A stretch of DNA of 64,000 nt from Bdellovibrionales bacterium (GCA_965203095.1 OZ241877.1:384001-448000); one strand, 5' to 3'. Positions 30,819 to 40,217 are shown, counted from the first letter of the stretch. Numbers and translations: made by a program. The notes: a model not told the origin generated them from the letters alone.

Positions 30819-32090
30819 TTATAGGTATTCCGTCCCCATATATTTGAGCAGGGCTGGAGGTGTTCTCACTTTGCCCTGGGCCTCCCGGTGATTTTCCAAA
30901 ATAGCGGCCAAAACTCTGGGGGTGGCCAGGCCCGACCCGTTCAATGTATGAGGATAAACAATATGTTTCCCCTCCCGATAGCGAATTTGGGATCGCCGGC
31001 TCTGATAATCTGTAAAAAGCCCCACTGAAGAGGCTTCCAACCAGGTTTTTGTCCCTGGAGAATAGAGTTCAATATCATAAGTTCTGGCAGAGCTAAAAGT
31101 CATATCCCCTGCACAAAGATCCATCACCCTGAAGGGGAGTTTTAAAAGGCGAATGGGCTTTAAGGCATCTTCTAAAAGGCTTTTCAGTTCCTGCTTTGCA
31201 GAGGAGGCTTTGCAAATTTTAACCAACTCCACTTTGTGAAACTCATGTAGCCTTTGTAAACCCCGGCTGGCCCCACCAGCGGCCCCGGCCTCCCTTCTAA
31301 AACAGGGGGTATAGGCCATATATTTTAAAGGAAGGAGTTTTTCGTCTAAAATTTCCTGCCGGTGCAGGGCTGTCAAGGGGGCCTCCCCCGTGGGGATGGC
31401 CCAAAGGTCATCTTTTTCCATGTGATAAGCCTCTTCAGCAAACTTAGGTAGTTGGCCTGTGCCCCTGAGGCTTTCTGAATTGACTAATGAGGGGACGATA
31501 AACTCTGTGTAATCTTTCTCAAAAAGGTCTATGGCAAAAGCAATTAAGGCACGAAGGAGCTTAGCCCCAGAACCTTTTAAAACAGCAAACATAGAGCCGG
31601 AGATCTTGCCCGCCCTTTTTTGATCAAAAATGCCCAATTCCTCCATGATTTCCCAATGAGGCAAAAAACTCTTTTCTGATGAAAAAACTTGCGGATCAAA
31701 ATTCTCCCTTAAAATCTCCACATTTTGTTGAGGAGAACTTCCCTCAGGAGCTTTTTCATCCGGAAAATTGGGAATGTTTAAAAGAAGGGCCTCCAGCTCT
31801 ACTTTGAACTGGGAGAGCCGGGCGGAAGCCTTTTCTAAACGGCTTTTTAACTGAAGGACCTGATTTCGAGCCTGTTGGGCCTGAGCTGTTTCCTTTTTGG
31901 CCATAAAACCGGCAATTTCGCGAGAGATTTTGTTTTTTTGACTTCGGATCTGCTCTGTCTCCACTATGCTTTGATTCCTCTTTAAAAGCAGGTCACGAAT
32001 TTTTAAAAGCTCTGACTTCAAAACCCCTTTCCGGTGGAGGTTTTGAACACAAAACTCCCAATCCTCAAGCAAAAGTCGGCTGTCAATCAT
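30819..32090 (-). CDS. serS: Serine--tRNA ligase
   Basis: GTGQLPKF, IPTGE, CFRREAG, RLHEFHKVE, HTLNGSGLA. Confidence 0.97.
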   Translation of the reverse strand: MIDSRLLLEDWEFCVQNLHRKGVLKSELLKIRDLLLKRNQSIVETEQIRSQKNKISREIAGFMAKKETAQAQQARNQVLQLKSRLEKASARLSQFKVELEALLLNIPNFPDEKAPEGSSPQQNVEILRENFDPQVFSSEKSFLPHWEIMEELGIFDQKRAGKISGSMFAVLKGSGAKLLRALIAFAIDLFEKDYTEFIVPSLVNSESLRGTGQLPKFAEEAYHMEKDDLWAIPTGEAPLTALHRQEILDEKLLPLKYMAYTPCFRREAGAAGGASRGLQRLHEFHKVELVKICKASSAKQELKSLLEDALKPIRLLKLPFRVMDLCAGDMTFSSARTYDIELYSPGTKTWLEASSVGLFTDYQSRRSQIRYREGKHIVYPHTLNGSGLATPRVLAAILENHREAQGKVRTPPALLKYMGTEYL

Positions 32091-32225
32091 TTACTGGACT
32101 CCTTAAAAATTAAGGCTTTATTTTGATTTGTTTGAGCTTTTTTGTCAAACATTTGAAAAAAAGTAGACATCGCCTATTTTTTTCTCTATGCTGGGTTTTA
32201 TTTAACGAAATACAAGGAGTTTAAA

Positions 32226-33050
32226 ATGACAAAAAAAACAAATTCATGGCTATTAGCCATTTTTACCTTTGGTCTACTTTCCACCTTTTCTTGTAGCCAT
32301 TTTTATAAAAAAGCCTGTTGCGGGAAAAAAAGAAGTGCTGTGGGGGGGAAAGCCATCGTCACAGCCATTGATGGTAGCAGTATAAAAGGAACAGTCCTTT
32401 TTGAACCCACAGGCCGACATAAATTTAAAGTGAGTGCCCAGTTTGAAGGTTTAAAGCCTAATCAAAAATGGGGCTTTCATGTGCATGAGTTTGGAATATG
32501 CGAAAAGAAAGCTCTACTGGCTGGTGCCCATTTTAATCCTAATGGCCAAAAACACGGAGGCCCGCGGGGCAAAAAAAGGCATTTGGGTGATCTTGGCAAC
32601 CTCAGCTCGAACAGTGAGGGTGTGGCCACTTACACTCTTTTGACAACTGGCAAACTGAAGAAATTTTTAGGGCGATCGGTAATTGTTCATGCCCAGCCGG
32701 ACGATTTAAAAAGCCAGCCCACAGGACAATCCGGCCAGCGACTGGCTTGTGGAGTGATAAGGGCTGTCCCGCCTTTTTCCACAAAAACAAGTGCTCCGTA
32801 TAAAAGAAGGTTTGAAGATTATACAAGGACTCGAAGACGCAATGTGATTCCTGCTACTATAGAACCTTCAAAAATTATAAAAGCCAGTGAGGTTGCGGTT
32901 TCTCCTACTACTCCTACTAAAGAGGAAGAGAGTAAGAAAGAGGCCCCTTCACCAGAACTCAGCCCTACAGAGGCGGAAGGGGAGGCCCCTTCACCAGCTC
33001 CCAGCCCATCACAAGCTGAGGGCACCACTCCTCCGGCCACAACAAATTGA
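32226..33050 (+). CDS. sodC: Cu/Zn superoxide dismutase, lipoprotein, with Pro/Glu/Thr-rich tail
   Basis: GFHVHE, AHFNP..KHG, RHLGDLGNL, VHAQPDD, G.RLACG; lipobox FSC. Confidence 0.92.
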   Translation: MTKKTNSWLLAIFTFGLLSTFSCSHFYKKACCGKKRSAVGGKAIVTAIDGSSIKGTVLFEPTGRHKFKVSAQFEGLKPNQKWGFHVHEFGICEKKALLAGAHFNPNGQKHGGPRGKKRHLGDLGNLSSNSEGVATYTLLTTGKLKKFLGRSVIVHAQPDDLKSQPTGQSGQRLACGVIRAVPPFSTKTSAPYKRRFEDYTRTRRRNVIPATIEPSKIIKASEVAVSPTTPTKEEESKKEAPSPELSPTEAEGEAPSPAPSPSQAEGTTPPATTN

Positions 33051-33058
33051 TATAAAAT

Positions 33059-33072
33059 TTTTTACGGGCGAC
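33059..33072. repeat. Solo TIR lying back-to-back with the long repeat copy
   Basis: tttttacgggcgac, a 10-nt spacer, then gtcgcccgg. Confidence 0.7.
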
Positions 33073-33082
33073 TACTAAAATG

Positions 33083-33265
33083 GTCGCCCGGCAAGTTTTC
33101 GGCTTGCTCCCAGAAAACCTCAATCCTACAAAAGTAAGAATCCAAAAAAATCTATCCTTTCCACAAAACTTACTAAAAAGCATTATTCTTTAATTTCTTT
33201 GTCCAAAGCCCCGCCCCATTTCGGGACGGCAATACCTTGGACCCTCATGGGGCTGGGCTTTTGTC
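33083..33265 (-). repeat. Long (~185-bp) variant of the palindromic repeat family, inverted relative to 35988-36169
   Basis: Reverse complement carries the 27-nt core (33220-33246), then taaagaataatgctttttagtaag, tggattc, gcaagccgaaaa and a TIR-like end, colinear with 35988-36169. Confidence 0.75.
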
Positions 33266-33329
33266 TGTCTTTTCCGGCTTTTGGCCTTTTCAATAAAAAA
33301 TACAAAAGATATGCTTTTTATAGTAAAAA

Positions 33330-35840
33330 ATGGAAAAAAGCATGCAGAAAAAACACAGCCAGGGCCAGATAGCCATTTTTGTGGTTTTGATTTTTCAAGT
33401 TCTTTTTATCTTGTTTGGCATGACCATTAATGTGGCCATGACAGTTTATGATAAAATCAATTTTCAAAATGCCTTAGATTTAGCGGCTTATTATGGGGCC
33501 AAACAACAGGCGGAAGTTTTAAACGCTATGGCCCATATCAACTATCAGATGCGACAGAACTGGAAACTTCTTTCCTGGAGATACCGCATTTTAGGCACAT
33601 TGACTCAAGATAAAGGGCATCCTCACAACCAATCTCCAAAAGCTTATTGGTGCCCTCAAAATAAGCTTAGCAATGGAAATGGACAAAACATCCAATGTTC
33701 CCAGCAAAAGATTAGTTTTCATGGAACTCCAATTGAAAAACAAAAATGTTCACAAGCCAAGTCCTCCCATTATCGTGACAATAACATCTATCCCGGTTAC
33801 TGCGACAGTCGCTACTTTATTTGCACTTCCAACAATGCATGGATTAGAGGAATAGAGCCTAATGAGCAAAATTTATGCCAATTAGCCAATATAACAATTC
33901 CACCCATTCCAGAACCTGCTATTCCTGGAAACATTTTGCCTATAGCTAATGTAGCCAGCCATGCCATAGATAAACTCCGACAGGAAATTGGTCGAAGTTG
34001 CCCTAAAGAAGGGGCTTTAAATGCACTGTTAGCTCATTTATTTTTAATCCATTTTAGAGAGGATCAGCAGGACAGAAGGGGGATGATCCAGCATATTTTT
34101 AAAAAATCTTTAGAAGCCGGTAATGATTTGAATGGGGATCCTATCCTAAAAGGGGCCAGCAAGGTTTTTTGTAATAATTTAAGCCAAAATAATTTACGAA
34201 GTATTAATCCTACTGATTCTACTCCTGAAGGTTGTTTTAGTTCTGATGTTCTACAAGATTTCAACTCTGTTGAGGATAAGGATTTCGAAGTTTTTTTTGA
34301 GCCTATCCGGGTGACTCCCGTCCTACAAATTTTAGATTTAAAAGGAAATCAGAGTAGCGTTGAAAGCTGTCCCTCTATTATAAGACCGCATTATGATACT
34401 GATGGTTCCTCAGCAAGACCAACTCCAAATGGTTTTGATATAAAATACAAAATAACAACCCAAGGAATTATCAATAGACTATATGATAATCCCAATCCGC
34501 ACCCTTTATACGGGTTTCTAAACCAACCTGCTATAAAACAAGAATTAGAGATACAAATAGATGTATACAATATGAGTAATTATTTTAATCCTCAAAACAA
34601 ATTGTTGTTAGGTTTTTCTAAAAAAACAGACCAACAGATCTATTATGGCCTGCGAATAGAGCTTCCCTCTTATAAACCCAACATATTTGCCCTCCCCCTC
34701 CCCTCCTCACAAACAATTCTATTTAAGGCCAGCTCTATTGCTAAACCCTTTGGGGGTGTTTTTGGGCCAAAACCAAAATCTGATCCTTTTATCAAAACAA
34801 CTACGGACCCGAATAACATAAACCCTTATACTTTACAACCCAACTACTCTCGCTATCCGGGAGATCCTTGGGGGCTTATAGATTATAAAATTCATGATCC
34901 TGCACACCCATCCCGATTTTTAAACAAACTGAAAGTAATGAAGCACAACAGTAAAAGAGTTTGGACTATAGATGCCTTTTTCCGGTGGACTTTGTATGCA
35001 CCGGCAGATATAAGGGATCCTTTGGCCTGGCCCTTTCAAGTTGAAGAAGATGAAGTATCAAAATCTTTTATGAGATTAATGGAGCTTATAGCCATTCATC
35101 CTGATATTTATGATTTATCCCATTACTCCATTGCTGGGAATTATATGCAGACTTATTTCCCAAAAATTTGTAAATTGTTAACAGAAAATAAAGATAATTG
35201 TAATCAATTAAAATTAAATCCAGAGATAATAAAGAACATACAACAAATAACAGATGGAATAGCCTTTGACGATTTGTATAGAAAAACAAATGGGCTGAAA
35301 AAATATTATATTCGTGGAGATTTGGGCTGGCCTTATCCTGATCTTGTTGATGCAAATGGTAAAGCTCTATCCATCGCTCCTGTTTTTTTGGAGGGAAATT
35401 TAAATAATTCTGGTAAAATTATTCCTCTGGCTTACAACCACTTTTCTCCTACTTCCCCTCATCCTAATACCTCCCCCCTTAGGGTGATTGGCAAATCATT
35501 CCAACTTAATACAGGGCCTTATGCCTTGGCCGGTCCCATTCTAAATCAAGATCATTTTGGCTACCCTTGGTTGGCCCAATTGCCAGAAGAAATTTTAAGC
35601 TCCTGGGCACCACCCATCCCCGAAAATGGGAAAATGGATTATTCGGATTATACCCCACCACAACCAAAAGGAGGTAAATTATTTATGAAATGTGATACTG
35701 AAGTGACAACTGCCAATAAACCCAACACTTCCGGCTGTATTGTGGGAGGGCGAAGTGGTTATTCCGTCAAACTGATCTCCTGCTCTGCATTGGAGGACAA
35801 TTCTCCCCTGAAAAATGACACTGAGTGGTGTAGTCAATAG
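33330..35840 (+). CDS. Large Tad/TadG-like pilus-associated protein (Bdellovibrionota type)
   Basis: SQGQIAIFVVLIF…INVAMTVYDKINFQNALDLAAYYGA N-terminal Tad domain; Cys-rich body; GRSGYSVKLIS C-terminus. Confidence 0.75.
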   Translation: MEKSMQKKHSQGQIAIFVVLIFQVLFILFGMTINVAMTVYDKINFQNALDLAAYYGAKQQAEVLNAMAHINYQMRQNWKLLSWRYRILGTLTQDKGHPHNQSPKAYWCPQNKLSNGNGQNIQCSQQKISFHGTPIEKQKCSQAKSSHYRDNNIYPGYCDSRYFICTSNNAWIRGIEPNEQNLCQLANITIPPIPEPAIPGNILPIANVASHAIDKLRQEIGRSCPKEGALNALLAHLFLIHFREDQQDRRGMIQHIFKKSLEAGNDLNGDPILKGASKVFCNNLSQNNLRSINPTDSTPEGCFSSDVLQDFNSVEDKDFEVFFEPIRVTPVLQILDLKGNQSSVESCPSIIRPHYDTDGSSARPTPNGFDIKYKITTQGIINRLYDNPNPHPLYGFLNQPAIKQELEIQIDVYNMSNYFNPQNKLLLGFSKKTDQQIYYGLRIELPSYKPNIFALPLPSSQTILFKASSIAKPFGGVFGPKPKSDPFIKTTTDPNNINPYTLQPNYSRYPGDPWGLIDYKIHDPAHPSRFLNKLKVMKHNSKRVWTIDAFFRWTLYAPADIRDPLAWPFQVEEDEVSKSFMRLMELIAIHPDIYDLSHYSIAGNYMQTYFPKICKLLTENKDNCNQLKLNPEIIKNIQQITDGIAFDDLYRKTNGLKKYYIRGDLGWPYPDLVDANGKALSIAPVFLEGNLNNSGKIIPLAYNHFSPTSPHPNTSPLRVIGKSFQLNTGPYALAGPILNQDHFGYPWLAQLPEEILSSWAPPIPENGKMDYSDYTPPQPKGGKLFMKCDTEVTTANKPNTSGCIVGGRSGYSVKLISCSALEDNSPLKNDTEWCSQ

Positions 35841-35878
35841 CCCCACCTTCACAAGGACAAGCCACAAAAAGTCTACAG

Positions 35879-35943
35879 ATTTTTTAACAAGATTTATAGG
35901 AAAGAAAAAGATACCTTGATTCCCGCTCAAGGCGGGAATTGAC
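35879..35943. repeat. TTTTTAACAA module plus dRS3-like hairpin
   Basis: attcccgctcaaggcgggaat at 35919-35939; same layout as 36075-36125 and the reverse complement of 61535-61600. Confidence 0.7.
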
Positions 35944-35987
35944 TGTGTTCGCGATAGCCAAGCTGAACGGAAACGACCACTTAACTG

Positions 35988-36169
35988 CTTTTGCCCAAAG
36001 CCATTCCATGAGGGTCCAAGGTATTCCCGTCCCGAAATGGAATGGCCTTTGGGCAAAGAACCTAAAGAATAGGCTTTTTAACAAGCTTTGCGGAAAGACA
36101 AACTCTTCTGGATTCCCGCTTTCGCTGGATTTCGGCTTCCGGGGGCAAGCCGAAAAAAGTCCGGAGGAT
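35988..36169 (+). repeat. Long variant of the palindromic repeat family
   Basis: ttttgcccaaagccattccat-[core 36010-36036]-atggaatggcctttgggcaaag, then ctaaagaataggctttttaacaa, ggattcccgctttcgc, gcaagccgaaaa, ccggaggat. Confidence 0.8.
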
Positions 36170-36211
36170 CTTTAGGCAAAGTTTATGTGTTTTTTCCAAA
36201 AAAACAGCGGT

Positions 36212-36242
36212 GAGGGTCCAAGGTGTTTTCCCGCAAAATGGC
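36212..36242 (+). repeat. Degenerate extra copy of the 27-nt core
   Basis: gagggtccaaggt matches the first 13 nt of the core exactly. Confidence 0.65.
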
Positions 36243-36294
36243 AGAAAGTTTTTATGCTTTACCAACAAAATTAGGGGCAGTTCCAGCTTTAAAG

Positions 36295-36348
36295 TGTCCA
36301 AATTAGCCTTAATTTGGGCCCTAAGATGTCCAAATTCAGGCTAATTTG
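36295..36348. promoter_or_regulatory. Tandem palindromic operator-like sites with 32-bp period
   Basis: caaatta-gcct-taatttg (36299-36316) and caaattc-aggc-taatttg (36331-36348), each preceded by tgtc. Confidence 0.55.
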
Positions 36349-36424
36349 TTGCTTTTTTCCAAAAAAAGCTTTATTTTTCTAATAAAGGGTTAGGCTCAAA
36401 CAAATATAAAAAGGGATAGGAACC

Positions 36425-37609
36425 ATGTATATTCAAAGAGAGATCAAACAGGATATAAAGAGCAAACTTTTGCGAGAGAAGGCAAAAATCATTATTATCT
36501 ATGGAGCCAGACAAGTAGGTAAAACCAGCCTGACAGAACATATTTTAAAGGATCTTAATAAAAAAATTCTCAGGTTAAACGGGGATGAGGCCCAAACAGC
36601 CATTGCTTTTTCCAGTCGTAGTCGGGAAAAACTGCAAAATATATCCTCTGGTTATGATATTGTATTTATAGATGAGGCACAAAGGATTGAAAATATAGGT
36701 CTTAATCTAAAAATTTTGCATGACAGCCAGCCTCACTTAAAAATCATAGTCACTGGTTCTTCCTCCTTTGATCTGGCAAGCTCTATTCAGGAATCTTTAA
36801 CAGGACGAGCATGGGTTTATCATTTGTCCCCTCTGGCTATATGTGAATTAAAAAATCATTTCCCTCCTTATGAGTTGTCTCAAAATTTGGCAAAGCTGTT
36901 GATTTTTGGTTCTTATCCAGAGCTTTTTTCTCTCAAAAACATATCTGAAAAACAAGATTATTTGCACACTTTGGCTGAAAACTATTTGTATAAGGATATC
37001 TTGGCAATAGAGGGTATAAAAGGCAGTCAAAAAATTAGGAAACTCTTGCAACTTTTGGCATTTCAAGTAGGATCGGAAGTATCCCTCACAGAGCTAAGCC
37101 AGCAGATGGAAATCCACAAAAAAACAGTAGAACGATATATTCATCTTCTGGAAAAGTTTTTTGTTATTTTCCCTTTGACTGGTTTTAGACGAAATTTAAG
37201 AAAAGAACTAACACAAAAGCCAAAAATTTATTTTTGTGATATGGGTATCCGGAATGCTCTTATCAATAATTTTAATGATCTGGAAAATAGAAACGATGTA
37301 GGAATACTTTGGGAAAATTTTATTATAGCCGAGAGATTAAAATTCAACTCCTACCATAAGCGATTTGTATCTTCTTATTTTTGGAGGACTTACACAGGGG
37401 CGGAGTTAGATTATGTGGAGGAATATGGAGGTCAGTTGAATGGATATGAGATCAAATGGATGAAAAAAGCTTCTGCCCCAAGAACATGGAAAGAAAGCTA
37501 CAAAGCCAGTTTTAAATATATCAATCAAGATAATTTTTTAAGTTTTATCAGTGGGAAAAAGGGAAAAGGGAGAAAAAGCAAAAGCTCTGAGAAAAGTAAA
37601 AAAGTATGA
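36425..37609 (+). CDS. AAA+ ATPase (AAA_14) with DUF4143 / PD-(D/E)XK C-terminus
   Basis: GARQVGKT, FIDEAQ, VTGSS, ESLTGR, KIYFCDMGIRN, LWENF, ELDYV…YEIKW. Confidence 0.9.
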   Translation: MYIQREIKQDIKSKLLREKAKIIIIYGARQVGKTSLTEHILKDLNKKILRLNGDEAQTAIAFSSRSREKLQNISSGYDIVFIDEAQRIENIGLNLKILHDSQPHLKIIVTGSSSFDLASSIQESLTGRAWVYHLSPLAICELKNHFPPYELSQNLAKLLIFGSYPELFSLKNISEKQDYLHTLAENYLYKDILAIEGIKGSQKIRKLLQLLAFQVGSEVSLTELSQQMEIHKKTVERYIHLLEKFFVIFPLTGFRRNLRKELTQKPKIYFCDMGIRNALINNFNDLENRNDVGILWENFIIAERLKFNSYHKRFVSSYFWRTYTGAELDYVEEYGGQLNGYEIKWMKKASAPRTWKESYKASFKYINQDNFLSFISGKKGKGRKSKSSEKSKKV

Positions 37610-37629
37610 GCTGAGGGAAAAAGTGAACT

Positions 37630-37665
37630 CTTTTTAAAGTATGACTTAATACCCACTTTAAAAAG
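37630..37665. terminator. Hairpin between convergent genes, possible terminator
   Basis: ctttttaaagt…actttaaaaag 11-bp inverted repeat. Confidence 0.35.
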
Positions 37666-37686
37666 GATAAGGCCATAGTAAAGTTT

Positions 37687-38706
37687 TTAAAAAAAATCCT
37701 TCTCTAAAGGCTGAGGGGAGCAGGGCATGTTTAAACCGTCCCTTTTCCCCCTTAAAAAATATTTTAAACCAGTAAAGGCAATCATAGCACCGTTATCAGT
37801 GCAAAATATTTTTTTAGGAAAGGCCAAAGGGACAGAGTTTTTTTGAGACCATTCCCTCAACCGGTGCCTTAAAAGGCTATTGGCACTCACCCCTCCCCCT
37901 AACAGAGCCTGGCCCAAGGGATATTTTTTATAAGCTCTCACCCATTTTTCCATTAAATGCTCCACAAGCCTCTCTTGATAGCTGGCAGAGAGTTGAGCCT
38001 TATTCTTTTCCACCCAACTTTGGGATCGGCCCTGAATCAGCCTCCGCCCCTGGCTTTTTAAACCAGAAAAACTAAAAGACAGATCATCCGTTTTTATTTT
38101 TGAAAAAAAAGATTTTTCTTTAGAAACATTTTGAGACAAACTATCTAAAATCGCCCCACCGGGCCAAGGGAGACCCAACAAACGGGCAAACTTATCTAAA
38201 GCCTCCCCTGCAGAATCATCTCTGGTTTGAGCCACCAATACCGATCGCCCTATATCTTTTACATAAAAAAGTGAGCTGTGCCCCCCGCTAACAATTAGAG
38301 CCAAAGCGGGAAGGGATATTTTCTCCCCCTTCTCCCCACTCAAAAAAAGGGCTGGGCTAAAAATATGGGCCTCAATATGATTGACCCCTATTAAGGGTTT
38401 ACCCCAAAGCCAACTCAAAATTTTAGCTGTCATTGAGCCCACCAAAAGAGATCCCAAAAGTCCGGGGCGGTTGGTGACGGCAATCAGATCAATTTTCTTA
38501 ATAGGAACAGTTTTTAAAGCCTGTTCAATAAGAGGCAAAATTTGCTCTCCTTGGGCCCGGCTGGCCAACTCCGGCACAATCCCCCCAAACTTTTCGTGAA
38601 TGGAGTTCTGGCCACTTTGGCTTAAAAACAAAACCTCCCCGTCCTCTTTAACCAGGGATACAGAGCAATCATCGCAACTGGTCTCTATGCCCAGGGCAAT
38701 AGCCAT
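37687..38706 (-). CDS. tsaD: tRNA N6-adenosine threonylcarbamoyltransferase
   Basis: LGIETSCDD, GGIVPELASR, HIEAH, SGGHS, DDSAGEALDK, TDNGAMIA. Confidence 0.96.
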   Translation of the reverse strand: MAIALGIETSCDDCSVSLVKEDGEVLFLSQSGQNSIHEKFGGIVPELASRAQGEQILPLIEQALKTVPIKKIDLIAVTNRPGLLGSLLVGSMTAKILSWLWGKPLIGVNHIEAHIFSPALFLSGEKGEKISLPALALIVSGGHSSLFYVKDIGRSVLVAQTRDDSAGEALDKFARLLGLPWPGGAILDSLSQNVSKEKSFFSKIKTDDLSFSFSGLKSQGRRLIQGRSQSWVEKNKAQLSASYQERLVEHLMEKWVRAYKKYPLGQALLGGGVSANSLLRHRLREWSQKNSVPLAFPKKIFCTDNGAMIAFTGLKYFLRGKRDGLNMPCSPQPLEKDFF

Positions 38707-38707
38707 T

Positions 38708-39415
38708 TCAATCCTCTAAAAGTTTTTTGGCTTTTTGCCCCCATATAGATTCGGGATGGGAGTGAACAATCTCTTTAAAAAAAACTTGAGCTTCAATAGG
38801 CATTTTTAACCGCTGAAAAGACAGTCCAATATAAAAAGTAGCTGTGAGGTAAAAAGGGCCTTTGGGGTTTTCATCACGATATTTTTGAAAATGGGAAATG
38901 GCTTTTTCATATTCCTTTTCCTTAAACAATTTATGGGCTAAGGCCAATTCGCTCTCACTTATTTTTTTTAAAGCCTCTTTTTGGCTTTGATAAAGTGGAG
39001 TCTCTTCTAAAAAAGCCTCTTCGCCAGCTGGTTTTTCCGTAAAATGTTCTTTCTCTAAATTTTCCTCTGCTAAAGATCCCTCTTCTGTTCCCGCTAGTGT
39101 CTCCTCTTCGGGCTGTGGTTTTTCAAAAGCCTTTTTCTGGAGCAAACTTTCCAACTGATTCTCTATCAAGGCCAGCTGGTCCTTCATTTTACTGTAATTT
39201 TTGATTACCTCTTTCATTTTTTTTATAACAAACTGCCAGTTCCTGCCTTTAAATTCAGAAACAGTTTTTAAGTGGGCCACTTCTCTTGAGATTTTTTTTT
39301 GCGGGCGGGTTTTCTTTGTTTTTGTGGATGGGGAGACTGCGACTTTTTCAGTAGTAGAGCAGGATGTTAACACTATGAGGCAAAAAAAAAGAGGAAATAT
39401 TTTAAGAAAACTCAT
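38708..39415 (-). CDS. CpoB/YbgF-like TPR lipoprotein
   Basis: Lipobox LTSC, coiled coil, C-terminal TPRs; lies downstream of pal. Confidence 0.7.
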   Translation of the reverse strand: MSFLKIFPLFFCLIVLTSCSTTEKVAVSPSTKTKKTRPQKKISREVAHLKTVSEFKGRNWQFVIKKMKEVIKNYSKMKDQLALIENQLESLLQKKAFEKPQPEEETLAGTEEGSLAEENLEKEHFTEKPAGEEAFLEETPLYQSQKEALKKISESELALAHKLFKEKEYEKAISHFQKYRDENPKGPFYLTATFYIGLSFQRLKMPIEAQVFFKEIVHSHPESIWGQKAKKLLED

Positions 39416-39705
39416 TCCGATTCCTTTAGAGTTTTTAAACGAGCATTAAATTCCGCCTTTTCTGACCACTTAAGGGATTCTTCAAAAGCCAGGCTGGCCT
39501 CATTATATTGTTGTTTTTTATATAAAGCCAACGCCTTTTTATAAAACGAAAGGGCTTTGGAATAGGACCTGTGGCTCCTCTTATTGGCCTTCGCCTTTTT
39601 GGCTGATAAAAGGGCTATTTGTGCCAAAGCATATTCCTTTTGGGAGTTTGTAGAAGCACAGGCCAGAAGGCCACAAAAAAACATTAACATTAAAAATAAT
39701 CGCAT
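39412..39705 (-). CDS. Small lipoprotein (DUF4398-like)
   Basis: Lipobox LLAC, Ala-rich helices. Confidence 0.6.
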   Translation of the reverse strand: MRLFLMLMFFCGLLACASTNSQKEYALAQIALLSAKKAKANKRSHRSYSKALSFYKKALALYKKQQYNEASLAFEESLKWSEKAEFNARLKTLKESE

Positions 39706-39707
39706 TT

Positions 39708-40217
39708 TTAATACTGAGGGACAAAGTTCACCCTTCGGTTCAAGCTGTTTTCTGTTTCAGAAATCAGTTTTTCCTCTCCATAACTTATCAGGCTCATTTT
39801 TTCCGGAGCCAAACCAATGCTTTTCAGGTAGTTGAAAACACTTTGTGCCCTCCTCTCACCCAAACCCACATTGTAAGCCTCTGATCCTAAGGGGTCACAA
39901 TGCCCCTCTAAAAGAATCCTTTGGACTTCGGGATGACTGTCCATCCAGGCCTTGTTGGCATGGAGAGTCTCTTTGACAGCTGATGTCAAACGAGAAGAAT
40001 CCAGCTCAAAGTGAACTGTGCGAAGGCCCTCAATCCGGCCCGAATCACTTCCGGGGCTGTCCGAATCAATATCCATGTCGGCAATCTCTTCAATAGCTGA
40101 GCCTTCCATTTCTGGCCGACCCTGAAGGCGATCTTGGGCCTTTTGTAGGTAAGAACAAGAAATAAAAAAGGAGCATAAAAAAAGCAAAACCAAGATTTTT
40201 TTTATTGTCCAGTGCAT
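39708..40217 (-). CDS. pal: Peptidoglycan-associated lipoprotein (OmpA-C domain)
   Basis: VHFELDSS, LEGHCD..GS..YN..LGERRA, SYGEE, NRRV; lipobox FISC. Confidence 0.88.
   Translation of the reverse strand: MHWTIKKILVLLFLCSFFISCSYLQKAQDRLQGRPEMEGSAIEEIADMDIDSDSPGSDSGRIEGLRTVHFELDSSRLTSAVKETLHANKAWMDSHPEVQRILLEGHCDPLGSEAYNVGLGERRAQSVFNYLKSIGLAPEKMSLISYGEEKLISETENSLNRRVNFVPQY

Noticed and set aside
33330..35840. Diversity-generating retroelement acting on the Tad or lipoprotein genes
   Set aside because: No reverse transcriptase and no adenine-mismatched template/variable repeat pair seen in the window
36001..36040. Core as a hammerhead ribozyme (…AUGAG…CGAAA…)
   Set aside because: It lacks the essential CUGA, reading UCCAUGAG, and the flanks pair directly instead of forming a three-way junction
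35679..36301. Short ORFs 35679-36056, 35884-36084, 35939-36175 and 36062-36301
   Set aside because: They overlap one another in different frames across palindromic repeat DNA and show no protein motifs
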